Assembly (NCBI GenBank): GCA_965263035.1
Contig: OZ253580.1
Location: 2,560,001 to 2,624,000, forward strand
Direction of reading: 5' to 3'
From: Acidobacteriota bacterium
GTDB taxonomy: Bacteria; Acidobacteriota; UBA6911; RPQK01; JAJDTT01
DNA: 64,000 nucleotides
Shown here: positions 1 to 9,673 of the stretch, piece after piece
How the letters are laid out: the number at the start of each line of letters is the position of its first letter
Position numbering within the stretch: the stretch's first letter is position 1
Notes under the pieces: model-generated
Told to the model about the DNA's origin: nothing
Databases searched by the model: none
The model's input: only the letters and a program-made list of their open reading frames with translations
Program-made: the position numbers and the translations under genes

Positions 1-70
1 GCTCCTACCCTTTTTCTGCTGGGCGTCCGCCGGACCGGGCCGGTGGGGGAGCTTTTCTCTTTGCTTTCCG

Positions 71-1540
71 TCAGGCGAGGATCTCGTGGACCAGCCGGGC
101 CGGATACTGGTCGGTGAGGCGCTCCTCCAGGCCGTGACGCCGGTAGACCAGGTCCCGGTGGTTCAGGCCCAGCAGGTGCAGGAAGGTGGCGTGAAAGTCG
201 TGGACGCTGACCCGGTCCACGGCGGCCTTGTGGCCGATGTCGTCGGTGGCGCCGTGGACGTAGCCGGCCTTGACTCCCCCTCCGGCCATCCAGAGGCTGA
301 AGCCGTCGGGACCGTGGTCCCGGCCGGCGGCGCCGCCGTTTCGAAGCTGGGAGATGGGCATGCGGCCGAATTCCCCTCCCCAGATGACCAGCGTGTCGTC
401 CAGCAGTCCCCGCTGCTTCAGGTCGCGAACCAGGGCGGCGGACGGCTGGTCCGTCTTCCGGCAGCAGTTTTCCAGGTTCTTCTTCAAGTCCGAGTGATTG
501 TCCCAGATCTGGTACTCGATGAAGATCTGGACGAAGCGCACTCCCCTTTCCACCAGCCGCCGGGCCAGCAGGCAGCGTCTCCCGTAGGAGGCGGTGGCCT
601 CGTTGTTGAGACCGTACATCTCCTTGGTGGCCTCGCTCTCCGGGGAGAGGTCCAAGGCGTCGCTGGCGGCCAACTGCATGCGGGCGGCCAGTTCGTAGGA
701 GGAGATCCGGGCGTCCAGGTCCGGCTGCCAGGGACGCTCCGTGCGATGGGAATGGTCCAGGCTGCGCAGCAGGGACCGCTCGGCTTCGATCAGGGGATTG
801 GGCAACTTCTCCCGGGGATTCAGGTTGAGCACGGCCGGATCCCTCTCCCGGAACCGTGTGCCCTGATACATCGGAGGCAACCAGCCCGACTGCCAGTTCT
901 GAATTCCGTTGACCGGCAGCTTCTTGTCTTCCAGAACCACATAGCCAGGCAGGTTCCGGTTCTCGGTGCCCAGTGCGTAGGTGACCCATGCGCCCAGGGT
1001 GGGGCGGCCGGGAATGGTCCGGCCCGTGTGAAAGAGGTTGATGGAGGGCTCGTGGTTGAAATGCTCTCCGTACATGGAGCGGACCAAGGTGATGTCGTCC
1101 ACGATGGTGGCGGTATGCGGCAGGAGCTCCGAGAGCTCCATTCCGCACTTGCCGTGCCGGGAGAACTCCCACGGAGACGGCATCAGAGTGCCGACCTGAT
1201 CCATGTTCTCGATCTGGTTGAGCATATCCCTGGGGGCGGCGCCGCCCGCCATTCGAGCCAGGGTCGGCTTGGGGTCGAAGAGATCGACCTGGCTGGGGCC
1301 GCCGTTCATGAACAGGTGAATGACCGACTTGGCCTTGGGCTCATGGTGGGAAGCCAGCGGAGTCAAGTCGCTCCGGGGCCGTCCGTGGTCAAGGCTCGGC
1401 GAACCCGGAAGATCCTTCTGCAGCAGCCAAGCCAGGGCCGCGCCGTGGACTCCGTCGCCGAGACGGGAGAAGAAATTCCGCCGGGTGCCGCGGAGGTTCG
1501 ATCCGAAATTGGCCATGAGGTGCCTCGCTCGGTCAGTCAA
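71..1540 (-). CDS. DUF1501 domain-containing protein
   Basis: Motifs SVIHLFMNGGPSQVDLFDPKP, SYELAARMQ, WGGEFGRMP, GRDH; directly downstream of a PSD1 gene; start could be the second Met. Confidence 0.9.
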   Translation of the reverse strand: MTDRARHLMANFGSNLRGTRRNFFSRLGDGVHGAALAWLLQKDLPGSPSLDHGRPRSDLTPLASHHEPKAKSVIHLFMNGGPSQVDLFDPKPTLARMAGGAAPRDMLNQIENMDQVGTLMPSPWEFSRHGKCGMELSELLPHTATIVDDITLVRSMYGEHFNHEPSINLFHTGRTIPGRPTLGAWVTYALGTENRNLPGYVVLEDKKLPVNGIQNWQSGWLPPMYQGTRFRERDPAVLNLNPREKLPNPLIEAERSLLRSLDHSHRTERPWQPDLDARISSYELAARMQLAASDALDLSPESEATKEMYGLNNEATASYGRRCLLARRLVERGVRFVQIFIEYQIWDNHSDLKKNLENCCRKTDQPSAALVRDLKQRGLLDDTLVIWGGEFGRMPISQLRNGGAAGRDHGPDGFSLWMAGGGVKAGYVHGATDDIGHKAAVDRVSVHDFHATFLHLLGLNHRDLVYRRHGLEERLTDQYPARLVHEILA

Positions 1541-4448
1541 TATACAGAAACTCCGCCGAATTGAGGAGCGTGAGAACCACCGAGCTCAGCGCCGACCAGC
1601 GGGCCCCGGGGCCCCGCGGCGCGGGATCGTTCTTCCGTTCCAGGTGGCCGCGCCACTCCCGCTGCAGGCGTTGCAGCGACTCCTCGATGCGCCGGTCCTC
1701 CTCGGTCGTGGGATAGCGGCTCAGGACCTCCAGATAGAGTTTCTCGATCTGCCCCGGCGTGTCTCCCGGAGCCTGGTCCATGAGACGGCCCGCCAGATAG
1801 CGGGCGTGGCCGCGCATCAGCTCTCCGTTGAAGAGCTGCAGCGCCTGCAACGGGACGTTGGACTGGCGGCGCTGATCGCAGTTGGGGATCATCACCGGAT
1901 AGTCGAAGGCCTCCAGGGAGGAGACGGGCATGCGGCGCCTCTTGAGCAGATAGACGGCCCGGCGCCACCCGCCCGAGGTGGATTCGGGCACCACCTCGCC
2001 GCTGGATTCCTCCTTCAGGGGGACGGGAATTCCGAAGGGGGTCGGGTCCAGGCGGCCGGTGACGCGCAACACCGAATCGTGAATGGCCTCGGCTTCCAAC
2101 CGCCTCAGGGGCATCCGGGACAGGAGCAGGTTGTCGGGGTCCTGCTGCCGGACCCGGGGGCTGACCCGGGACGTCTGCCGGTAGGCCGCCGAGGTCATGA
2201 TCAGCCGGTGCATGGCCTTCATGCTCCATCCCCGGTCCACGAACTCGGCCGCCAGCCAATCCAGGAGCTGCGGATGCGTCGGCTGGGACCCGGTCTTGCC
2301 GAAGTCCCCCGGGGTGGTGACGAGTTCCCGGCCGAAGTGATGGCCCCAGATCCGATTGACCTGAACCCGCGAAGTCAGAGGGTGCCCCTCCTGCGTCAGC
2401 CAGCGGGCCAGGCCCAGACGGTTGCCGCTGGTATCCCGCCCCGGAGACGGCTTCGGACGGTACGGCTCCAGGCCGGTGCCGGACAGGATTCGGGGCACGT
2501 CCGGGTACACCCGTTCCGCCACCGACTGGGCTTCTCCCCGGTTCAGACGATAGACGGGAGACGGGTCCCCACCCATGTCGTAGAGCGCCCGGATGCCCGG
2601 CAGGGTCCGGTACTTGGTCTTGTCCCGGAAATTGGTCTCGGAACCGTACTTGGAGTTCTTGATGTGCGCGATGTCCTTCTGCAACTGGCTCGCGGACTCC
2701 TTGAACTCGGGGAACTCGTCACCGAGAGCAGGGTAAGTGGGGTCCACCACCTCCTTGAACTTCCGGGCCAGGAATCGCTGCAGACTGGAGCGTTTCGCTT
2801 CGGGCGTTTCGGCGATGGCCCTGAGGTCCGTCTGCAGGTCGGGCGGCAGGGCGGCCAGCGCCTGCTTCTGAAATTTTTCCTTGTAGGGCCGCGCTTTGTC
2901 TTCCAGCTCCGTTTCCAGGTTCCGAAGTTTGACCTGGAGGGGGGCGTTGTGGGCCTCGACCTCCTTGAGGTCCGCCTCCAGGGCGACGCGCAGGACCCGC
3001 TTGGTGGGCGGACGCCAGTCGTAGGGGTCCAGGGCGGTCTGGAAGATGGCGGCCAGGCTGTAGTACTCGCGCTGGCTCAGGGGATCGTACTTGTGGTCGT
3101 GGCAGCGGGCGCAACCGACGGTCAGGCCCAGAACCGAAGAGCCCAGGACCTGAAGCTCGTCGGCGATGACGTCCATCCTTTCCTGGAGCGACCCATTGGG
3201 CTGGCCATAGGTGCCGTCGGGGGCCAGCCGCAAGAAGCCGGTGGCGGCGATAACGTTCACCAGTTCCCGGGTGACCTCCTTCTGTTGCTTGTAGTTCACC
3301 AGCTCGTCGCCCGCCAGCTGCTCCGTCAGGAAACGGTCGTAAGGAGTGTCCCGGTTCAGCGCCCGGATCACGTAGTCGCGATAGCGCCAGGCATGAGGGC
3401 GGACCTTGTCTTCGTCGATGATCCCCTCCGAATCGCTGTACCCGGCCACGTCGAGCCAGTACTGGGCCCAGCGCTCCCCGTAGGCGGGAGAGTCCAGGAG
3501 CCGGTCCAGGAGCCGCCCGTAGGCCCCCGGCTCCCGGTCCGCCAGGTAGTCCAGGACTTCTTGCGAGGCGGGGGGCATGCCGGTCAGGTCCAGATAGGCC
3601 CGGCGCAGCAGGACCAGGGGCCCGGCCTCGGGAGAGAAGCCGAGGTCCTTGGCCTCCAGCCGTGCCAGCAAAAAGAGGTCGATGGGATTGCGGGCCGGCT
3701 CCGGATGACGGACTCGAGGCAGATCCGGCCTGCGCGGAGAGCGGAAGGACCAGAACTCCGTGTCTTCCGGGGACAGGGGGGGATCCGCGACGGCATCCGC
3801 CGGGGGCGGATCGACCGCGGCCCCGGCCAGAATCCACTGACTCAGGACCTCCACCTCGGCCGTGGTGGGAGGCCGGATCTTGTCCAGGGGAGGCATCTCC
3901 TGGGAGATGATGCGGGAAAAGAGCAGGCTCCGGCCCGGATCGCCGGGGACGAGAGCCGGCCCCGATTCGCCTCCCCGGAGTCGGCCGGCCCGGGTCCGCA
4001 GGTCCAGTCCCGCCTCCTGCTTGGCCTTTCCGTGACAGTTGACGCAGTGCATCTGAAAGATGGGCAGCACGTCCTTCTCGGTATAGAGCCGGCCGCCCGT
4101 GTGAGCGGCCTGGGCGTCGATCCAGAGCCGGATGGCCCGGATCTCCTCCTGGGACAGGTTGACGTCCCCCGGGGGCATGGCGCCCGAGATCAACTTGGAG
4201 ACCAGCAGGCTCCGGTCCGAGTCCCCGAGCATCAGGGCGGGTCCCGACTTCCCTCCGGCCAACATGGCCTCGAGGGTGCCCAGGTGGAGTAGGCCCTGGG
4301 GATCGGCGCCGCTGTGGCATTGGAGACAGTTCTTCTCGAAGATGGGGAGGACGTCCTTCTCGAAATCGGCGTCGGCGGAGCCGCCCGCTTGAAGAGCGGG
4401 GCCGAAGATCAAGCAGGCCAACGACGTCACACAGAACTTACGCAGCAT
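1533..4448 (-). CDS. PSD1/planctomycete cytochrome c domain protein (DUF1549/DUF1553)
   Basis: Signal peptide; CxxCH motifs CLQCH, CVNCH, CARCH; YGERWAQYWLD and PLQALQLFN motifs. Confidence 0.9.
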   Translation of the reverse strand: MLRKFCVTSLACLIFGPALQAGGSADADFEKDVLPIFEKNCLQCHSGADPQGLLHLGTLEAMLAGGKSGPALMLGDSDRSLLVSKLISGAMPPGDVNLSQEEIRAIRLWIDAQAAHTGGRLYTEKDVLPIFQMHCVNCHGKAKQEAGLDLRTRAGRLRGGESGPALVPGDPGRSLLFSRIISQEMPPLDKIRPPTTAEVEVLSQWILAGAAVDPPPADAVADPPLSPEDTEFWSFRSPRRPDLPRVRHPEPARNPIDLFLLARLEAKDLGFSPEAGPLVLLRRAYLDLTGMPPASQEVLDYLADREPGAYGRLLDRLLDSPAYGERWAQYWLDVAGYSDSEGIIDEDKVRPHAWRYRDYVIRALNRDTPYDRFLTEQLAGDELVNYKQQKEVTRELVNVIAATGFLRLAPDGTYGQPNGSLQERMDVIADELQVLGSSVLGLTVGCARCHDHKYDPLSQREYYSLAAIFQTALDPYDWRPPTKRVLRVALEADLKEVEAHNAPLQVKLRNLETELEDKARPYKEKFQKQALAALPPDLQTDLRAIAETPEAKRSSLQRFLARKFKEVVDPTYPALGDEFPEFKESASQLQKDIAHIKNSKYGSETNFRDKTKYRTLPGIRALYDMGGDPSPVYRLNRGEAQSVAERVYPDVPRILSGTGLEPYRPKPSPGRDTSGNRLGLARWLTQEGHPLTSRVQVNRIWGHHFGRELVTTPGDFGKTGSQPTHPQLLDWLAAEFVDRGWSMKAMHRLIMTSAAYRQTSRVSPRVRQQDPDNLLLSRMPLRRLEAEAIHDSVLRVTGRLDPTPFGIPVPLKEESSGEVVPESTSGGWRRAVYLLKRRRMPVSSLEAFDYPVMIPNCDQRRQSNVPLQALQLFNGELMRGHARYLAGRLMDQAPGDTPGQIEKLYLEVLSRYPTTEEDRRIEESLQRLQREWRGHLERKNDPAPRGPGARWSALSSVVLTLLNSAEFLYID

Positions 4449-4667
4449 GATCTCGTCTCGTGTCCTTTAAAACTACAACGGGGATGGCTTTTGGGGCAAC
4501 TGGAGACGGGAAAACAGTAACGAGGAAAGAGAGAAGAGGCAGACGTTTGCATGCGGGGACTACATTTCACAGTCGGCGGCGAAATCCTGGAAGACACTCT
4601 TTTGGGAAACTCCTCAACGCGAGACACCTCACCTCCATCTGTTAGTGTGTTCAAAGTCGGAAGAGCC

Positions 4668-6008
4668 ATGTTGTCCGTTCGATTGCTGGTTGCATCCACC
4701 TTGCTGGCGGCCGTCGCGTGTGGTCCTGCACGCGTTCCGTTGGTCTCGACCGGACCTCTTTACGACCTGGACCGGATTCCTCAGGACGCCACGGCCTTTA
4801 CCGAGAGCGGGGATCGGCCCATTCTCCAGGTCGGCAAGGACTGGCTCGAGAAGTTCGAAGCCTACTGGTACGGGCCCTGGGAGCGGACCGAGCCCGCGGT
4901 CTGCAGGGCGGCGGCGTTTGGTTGGGCCGCCGAATCGTTCTCCGGGAAGCCGGTCTTCGGTCCCAGTCTGCTGAAACTTTCCGCCTCCCAGGTGGCAGCC
5001 GTCGTGGCCAATGCGCAACTGGATGAATTTCCCAGTCGAGCCGAATACGGGATCGCCATCCGCAACACGGCCCTGCGGGCGCTGCCTTCGGCGGAACCCT
5101 TTTATTTCGACTTCCGCGAGGCGGGAGAGGGATACCCGTTCGACTACAATCAGAATTCGGCAGTCTGGGCGGGGACGCCCCTCTTCCTGACCCACGTCTC
5201 CCGGGACGGACGGTTTCTGGGAGCGGAATCGCCTTACACCTGCGGTTGGATCGATGCGCGGGACGTGGCGTTCGTCGACGAGGAGTTCATGGCCGCGTAC
5301 CGGCAGCCCCGTCTGGCCGCCCTGCGGCGGGACCGGATCCCAGTCTCCGGGGACCCCGGCGGATTCCTCTTCGAGGGGCGGATCGGAATGCTGCTGCCCC
5401 TGGCGGACGGGGCCGAACCAGGCGGTGTCCGGCTGCTGGCTCCCGTGGCCGACGCGAGTCGCCGGGCTTCCCTTTCGCAGGTCCGGCTGGCGGAACAGGA
5501 TGCCGCGCCGATTCCGTTTCCGTTCTCCCAGGATCGTCTGGCCGAGCTGATCAACCAGATCGTGGGGCAGCCCTACGGTTGGGGTGGACTGGGCGGTCAT
5601 CGCGACTGTTCCTCCACCATCCTGGATATCTTCCTGCCCTTCGGACTTCGCCTGCCGCGCAACTCGAGAAGTCAGGCGAGTGCGGGGAAAAACGTGGACC
5701 TCGCCAAGCTCTCCGCGGACGAAAAACGAAAGCGAATTCTGGAAGCGGCGGTCCCCTTCCGCACGCTTCTGAACATCAGGGGCCACGTCATGCTCTATCT
5801 CGGAGCCTTCCGGGGCTCCCCGGTGGCGTTTCACACCATCTGGGGACTCCGGACGGCTTCCCGGGACGAGTCAAGCTCGGGGCGGTTTCTGATCGGGAAA
5901 TCGGTCATCACCAGTCTGTCGCCGGGACTCGAGATCAGCGAGTTGTCACCGAGCAGGGGCGACCTGCTGGACCGCATCGACTCCCTTACTTTGCTGGGAG
6001 AAGAATAG
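4668..6008 (+). CDS. NlpC/P60 family SH3-domain lipoprotein (cell-wall peptidase)
   Basis: Lipobox-like LAAVAC; PYGWGG..RDCSS, LPRNS and GHVMLYLG catalytic motifs; start placed at ATG 4668. Confidence 0.85.
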   Translation: MLSVRLLVASTLLAAVACGPARVPLVSTGPLYDLDRIPQDATAFTESGDRPILQVGKDWLEKFEAYWYGPWERTEPAVCRAAAFGWAAESFSGKPVFGPSLLKLSASQVAAVVANAQLDEFPSRAEYGIAIRNTALRALPSAEPFYFDFREAGEGYPFDYNQNSAVWAGTPLFLTHVSRDGRFLGAESPYTCGWIDARDVAFVDEEFMAAYRQPRLAALRRDRIPVSGDPGGFLFEGRIGMLLPLADGAEPGGVRLLAPVADASRRASLSQVRLAEQDAAPIPFPFSQDRLAELINQIVGQPYGWGGLGGHRDCSSTILDIFLPFGLRLPRNSRSQASAGKNVDLAKLSADEKRKRILEAAVPFRTLLNIRGHVMLYLGAFRGSPVAFHTIWGLRTASRDESSSGRFLIGKSVITSLSPGLEISELSPSRGDLLDRIDSLTLLGEE

Positions 6009-6062
6009 GTGCTCGATTCACCGGCGTCGCGTCAGGCCTGACGATCCAGGCCGGGACTGAGT

Positions 6063-6296
6063 TCAGGCGGCGGTGCCGCGTCCATTGCGGACGAAGAAAT
6101 CCCGCAGCACATCGAGAGTGCCTTCGACCCGTCCTATGCGGTCACGGAGATCTCCGATCTGGTGATCCATACGGTCACGCAAGTCCTTTATGTCCGCTCG
6201 CAAATCACCGCGCACGGATCGGATGGATCGGTCCAGGTAGAAGAATCCCAGAATGAGAATCGCGGGAGTGATCCACTCGGCAAGTTCAGGTGGCAT
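6063..6296 (-). CDS. small single-TM coiled-coil hypothetical protein
   Basis: 77 aa; N-terminal hydrophobic helix followed by repeated DLRDR coiled-coil; GAGG upstream. Confidence 0.6.
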   Translation of the reverse strand: MPPELAEWITPAILILGFFYLDRSIRSVRGDLRADIKDLRDRMDHQIGDLRDRIGRVEGTLDVLRDFFVRNGRGTAA

Positions 6297-6487
6297 CGGT
6301 TCCTCGTAGAAACAAGAATAACATCCCGGACGAGCTCCAGAAACAGGAAGGATTGGGCGATTGGAAATCGCCCCACCGCCGCCCTCGTACAGGGTTGGAC
6401 GGGACCCCTGATCCCGGTCCTCGATCTCTCGATATCTAAAACGGTACGATTCAGAAAAACGCGAAAGTCGGCGTCCAGGAATATAGA

Positions 6488-9400
6488 ATGGCCGAAACCA
6501 AGAGGAGCGGACCCGTGAGCGTGTTCTGGATTTCAGCTTGCCGTGTTTTTGTCATCCTAGCGGCCTTGGCTGCGTTGTTGGCATTGGCGCCGGAGTCGGC
6601 GGCCGCGGGGACCGAACGGAAAACAGCGACGGTGGCTCCTCCCGTGGAGCGGACGGTCGACTTTCAGACCGACGTCCTTCCCCTGTTCGAGGCCAGTTGT
6701 TTCAAGTGCCATGGGCCTGCCCTGGCCATGGGAGGACTGAGGCTGCACACCCGTCCGGACCTGTTGGCGGGCGGGGACAAGGGCGCGGCGGTGCTGGAGG
6801 GGAACAGCTCCGGCAGCCGTTTGATCCGTCTGGTGGCGGGCATGGACGACTTGAAGATGCCCCTGGACGGGGAGCCCCTCAGCCCGGAACAGGTAGGGAT
6901 CCTGCGGGCCTGGATCGATCAGGGAGTCATTTGGACCCAAGGAGCGGCGGTTTCCAACCGCCGAACTCCGGACGAAGCACCGGGCAGATCGGTTTCCGGC
7001 GAAGGCCATTGGGCTTTCGAACCGGTTCGGCAGGATCCGCCGCCCCGGGTCGCGGACAGCGATTGGGTGCGAAACGACATCGACGCCTTCGTGCTGCAGA
7101 AGCTGCGAAGTGAAGGTTTGGAGCCCTCCCCCGAAGCCGACCGGTCCACCCTGATCCGGAGACTCCATCTGGATCTCCTGGGCCTGCCTCCGACGCCGGC
7201 TCAGCGGGAGCGCTTCCTGAGCGACCGGCGTCCCTACGCCTACGAGCGGTTGCTGAACCGGGTGTTGTCGTCGCCCCACTTCGGGGAACGCTGGGCCCGG
7301 CACTGGCTGGATCTGGCCCGCTATGCCGACAGCGACGGTTTCGAGAAGGACAACGTCCGCCCCCATGCCTGGCGCTATCGCGAATGGGTCATCGACGCCT
7401 ACAACCGCGACCTTCCCTTCGACCAGTTCGTGCTGGAGCAGTTGGCGGGAGACCTGCTGCCGGGGGCCACCGTGGAGCAGAAGACGGCCACCGGATTTCA
7501 CCGCAACACGCTGACCAACACCGAGGGGGGGGTGGACCCGGAGGAATACCGGGTGGAGCAGGTGGTGGACCGGACCGACACCACGGGCCTGGTGTTCATG
7601 GGGCTCACCGTGGGCTGCGCCCGCTGCCACTCCCACAAGTACGACCCCATTTCCCACCGGGAGTACTATCAGTTCTTCTCCTTCTTCAACACCGGGATCG
7701 AGAAGAACATCCCCGCCCCGCTTCCGCGGGAGCAGGTGGCCTACCGGTTGGCGTCCCAGCAGTGGGAACGGGAGCATGGGAAGCTGCTGGCCGCCCTGGA
7801 GGAGCAACGTTCGGAGCTGAAGGAGAAGCTGGAGGGGGCGCAGGCCGTGGCTCTCTGGGAAAAGGGGTTGGACCACTCTCCCGTGGAGTGGATTCCGCTG
7901 GACCTGTCCGGCTACGCCGCTGCCGGGGGCGCCGAGTTCAGCGAAGACGAGACCGGCGCACTCCTGGTGAGCGGCAACAATCCCAAGCAGGACCGCTACA
8001 CCCTGGTGGCCAACGTCGAGCTTCGGGGCATCAACGCCATTCGGCTCGACTTTCCGACCCACGAATCCCTTCCCTCGGGCGGTCCCGGACGATCGCCGGA
8101 AGGCAACTTCGTCCTCTCCGAGCTCAAGCTCGGAGACGCCCGGCTCTCCGACCCGGTCAAGCCCACCGAGGTGCCGGTGGAGAGGGTGGTTGCCGGCTAC
8201 TCCCAGAAGGGGTTCGAGATCGAGAAGGCCGTGGACGGAGATCCCAAGACGGGTTGGAGCGTGAACGGCCCCCTGGGGCCCAACCGGGATCAGCAGGCGG
8301 TCTTCGTGACCACTCAGAGCCTGGGGCGCTACGGCGGATCGTCACTCACCCTGACCCTGGAGCAGCTCCACGGCGAGAGCCACAACATCGGCTCCCTGAG
8401 GGCCTACGTGACTCAGACGCCGCGAAAGGATCTGAAGCAGGTCTTCCCCCTGCCGGTGGAGCGGGCCTTGGCGGTGCCGGCCGGGGAGCGGAGCCCGCAG
8501 CAGCAATCCGCGGTCCTGGACTTCTACGTCGACCTGGACCCGAGTGTCGGGAACCGTCTGGCGGCGTTGGAGGGACACCGCAGGGCCCGGCCCCGTCCTC
8601 CGGGGACCATGGCCCAGACGCTGGCCCGGAACCCCGACCCGCCCCGGACCCACATTCATATGCGGGGAGATTTCCTGATTCCGGGGGAGGAGGTGTGGCC
8701 GAATACGCTTTCCGTCCTGCCGCCGCTGGAGCCGCGCGGGAAGGACCCGGACCGGCTGGATCTGGCCCTCTGGTTGACCGATCCCTCACACCCTCTGACC
8801 GCCCGGGTCGAGGTCAACCGTTTCTGGGAGCATCTCTTCGGCCGGGGACTGGTGGCTACCAGCGAGGACTTCGGCACGCGGGGTGAGAAACCGTCCCATC
8901 CCCGGCTCCTGGATTGGCTGGCCAAGGAGTTCGTGGCCGGCGGCTGGAGCCGCAAGGAACTGGTGCGATTGATCGTGACGTCGGCCGCCTACCGGCAGTC
9001 CTCCCACATCCGTCCCGAACTCATGGAGAGAGACCCGAAGAATCTGCTCCTGGCCCGCCAGAATCGTTTCCGAGTCGAGTCGGAAGCGACGCGGGACCTC
9101 TATCTGGCGGTGGCCGGACTGCTGGAGCCGCGAGTGGGCGGCAAGAGCGTCTACCCGCCGCTGCCGGCGGGAATGGCCGATCTGGGGTATGGCGGGACGG
9201 AGTGGCCCGAAAGCTCCGGGACCGGCAAGTACCGGCGGGGCCTCTACATCTTCTTTCAGCGGACCGTGCCGTACCCCATGCTCATGACCTTCGACAGTCC
9301 CGATTCCAACACCTCTTGCGTTCGCCGGATCCGGTCGAACACGCCGCTTCAGGCCCTGACGTTGCTCAACGGTCCTCTCTTCGTCGAGAGTGCCCGATCG

Positions 9401-9673
9401 CTGGGACGAAGGATTCTGGAAGAGGCCCCTTCCGGGGAAGCGGATCGGATCGGATACGCCTTTCGCCTGGCACTGGCCCGCGACCCGAACCGCCGAGAAG
9501 TGGAGATCGTCCACGAGTTGCTGGCCGAGCACCGCAGCGCCTTCGAACGGGAGCCTGAGGCCGCCGCCGAGTTCGCCGGGTCCGCCGACGGGACCGAGGC
9601 CACCGAGACGGCCGCCTGGATCGCCGCCAGCCGAATGATTCTGAATCTGGACGAGTTCCTGACCCGGGAGTGA
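6488..9673 (+). CDS. PSD1/planctomycete cytochrome c domain protein (DUF1549/DUF1553)
   Basis: CFKCH, HFGERWARHWLDLARYADS, CARCHSHKYDP, NTPLQALTLLN. Confidence 0.9.
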   Translation: MAETKRSGPVSVFWISACRVFVILAALAALLALAPESAAAGTERKTATVAPPVERTVDFQTDVLPLFEASCFKCHGPALAMGGLRLHTRPDLLAGGDKGAAVLEGNSSGSRLIRLVAGMDDLKMPLDGEPLSPEQVGILRAWIDQGVIWTQGAAVSNRRTPDEAPGRSVSGEGHWAFEPVRQDPPPRVADSDWVRNDIDAFVLQKLRSEGLEPSPEADRSTLIRRLHLDLLGLPPTPAQRERFLSDRRPYAYERLLNRVLSSPHFGERWARHWLDLARYADSDGFEKDNVRPHAWRYREWVIDAYNRDLPFDQFVLEQLAGDLLPGATVEQKTATGFHRNTLTNTEGGVDPEEYRVEQVVDRTDTTGLVFMGLTVGCARCHSHKYDPISHREYYQFFSFFNTGIEKNIPAPLPREQVAYRLASQQWEREHGKLLAALEEQRSELKEKLEGAQAVALWEKGLDHSPVEWIPLDLSGYAAAGGAEFSEDETGALLVSGNNPKQDRYTLVANVELRGINAIRLDFPTHESLPSGGPGRSPEGNFVLSELKLGDARLSDPVKPTEVPVERVVAGYSQKGFEIEKAVDGDPKTGWSVNGPLGPNRDQQAVFVTTQSLGRYGGSSLTLTLEQLHGESHNIGSLRAYVTQTPRKDLKQVFPLPVERALAVPAGERSPQQQSAVLDFYVDLDPSVGNRLAALEGHRRARPRPPGTMAQTLARNPDPPRTHIHMRGDFLIPGEEVWPNTLSVLPPLEPRGKDPDRLDLALWLTDPSHPLTARVEVNRFWEHLFGRGLVATSEDFGTRGEKPSHPRLLDWLAKEFVAGGWSRKELVRLIVTSAAYRQSSHIRPELMERDPKNLLLARQNRFRVESEATRDLYLAVAGLLEPRVGGKSVYPPLPAGMADLGYGGTEWPESSGTGKYRRGLYIFFQRTVPYPMLMTFDSPDSNTSCVRRIRSNTPLQALTLLNGPLFVESARSLGRRILEEAPSGEADRIGYAFRLALARDPNRREVEIVHELLAEHRSAFEREPEAAAEFAGSADGTEATETAAWIAASRMILNLDEFLTRE

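Noticed and set aside
1320-4292. Very long antisense ORFs (e.g. 1320-4292, 15575-17371, 51192-53606)
   Set aside because: Shadow frames of real high-GC genes on the opposite strand; no recognisable motifs
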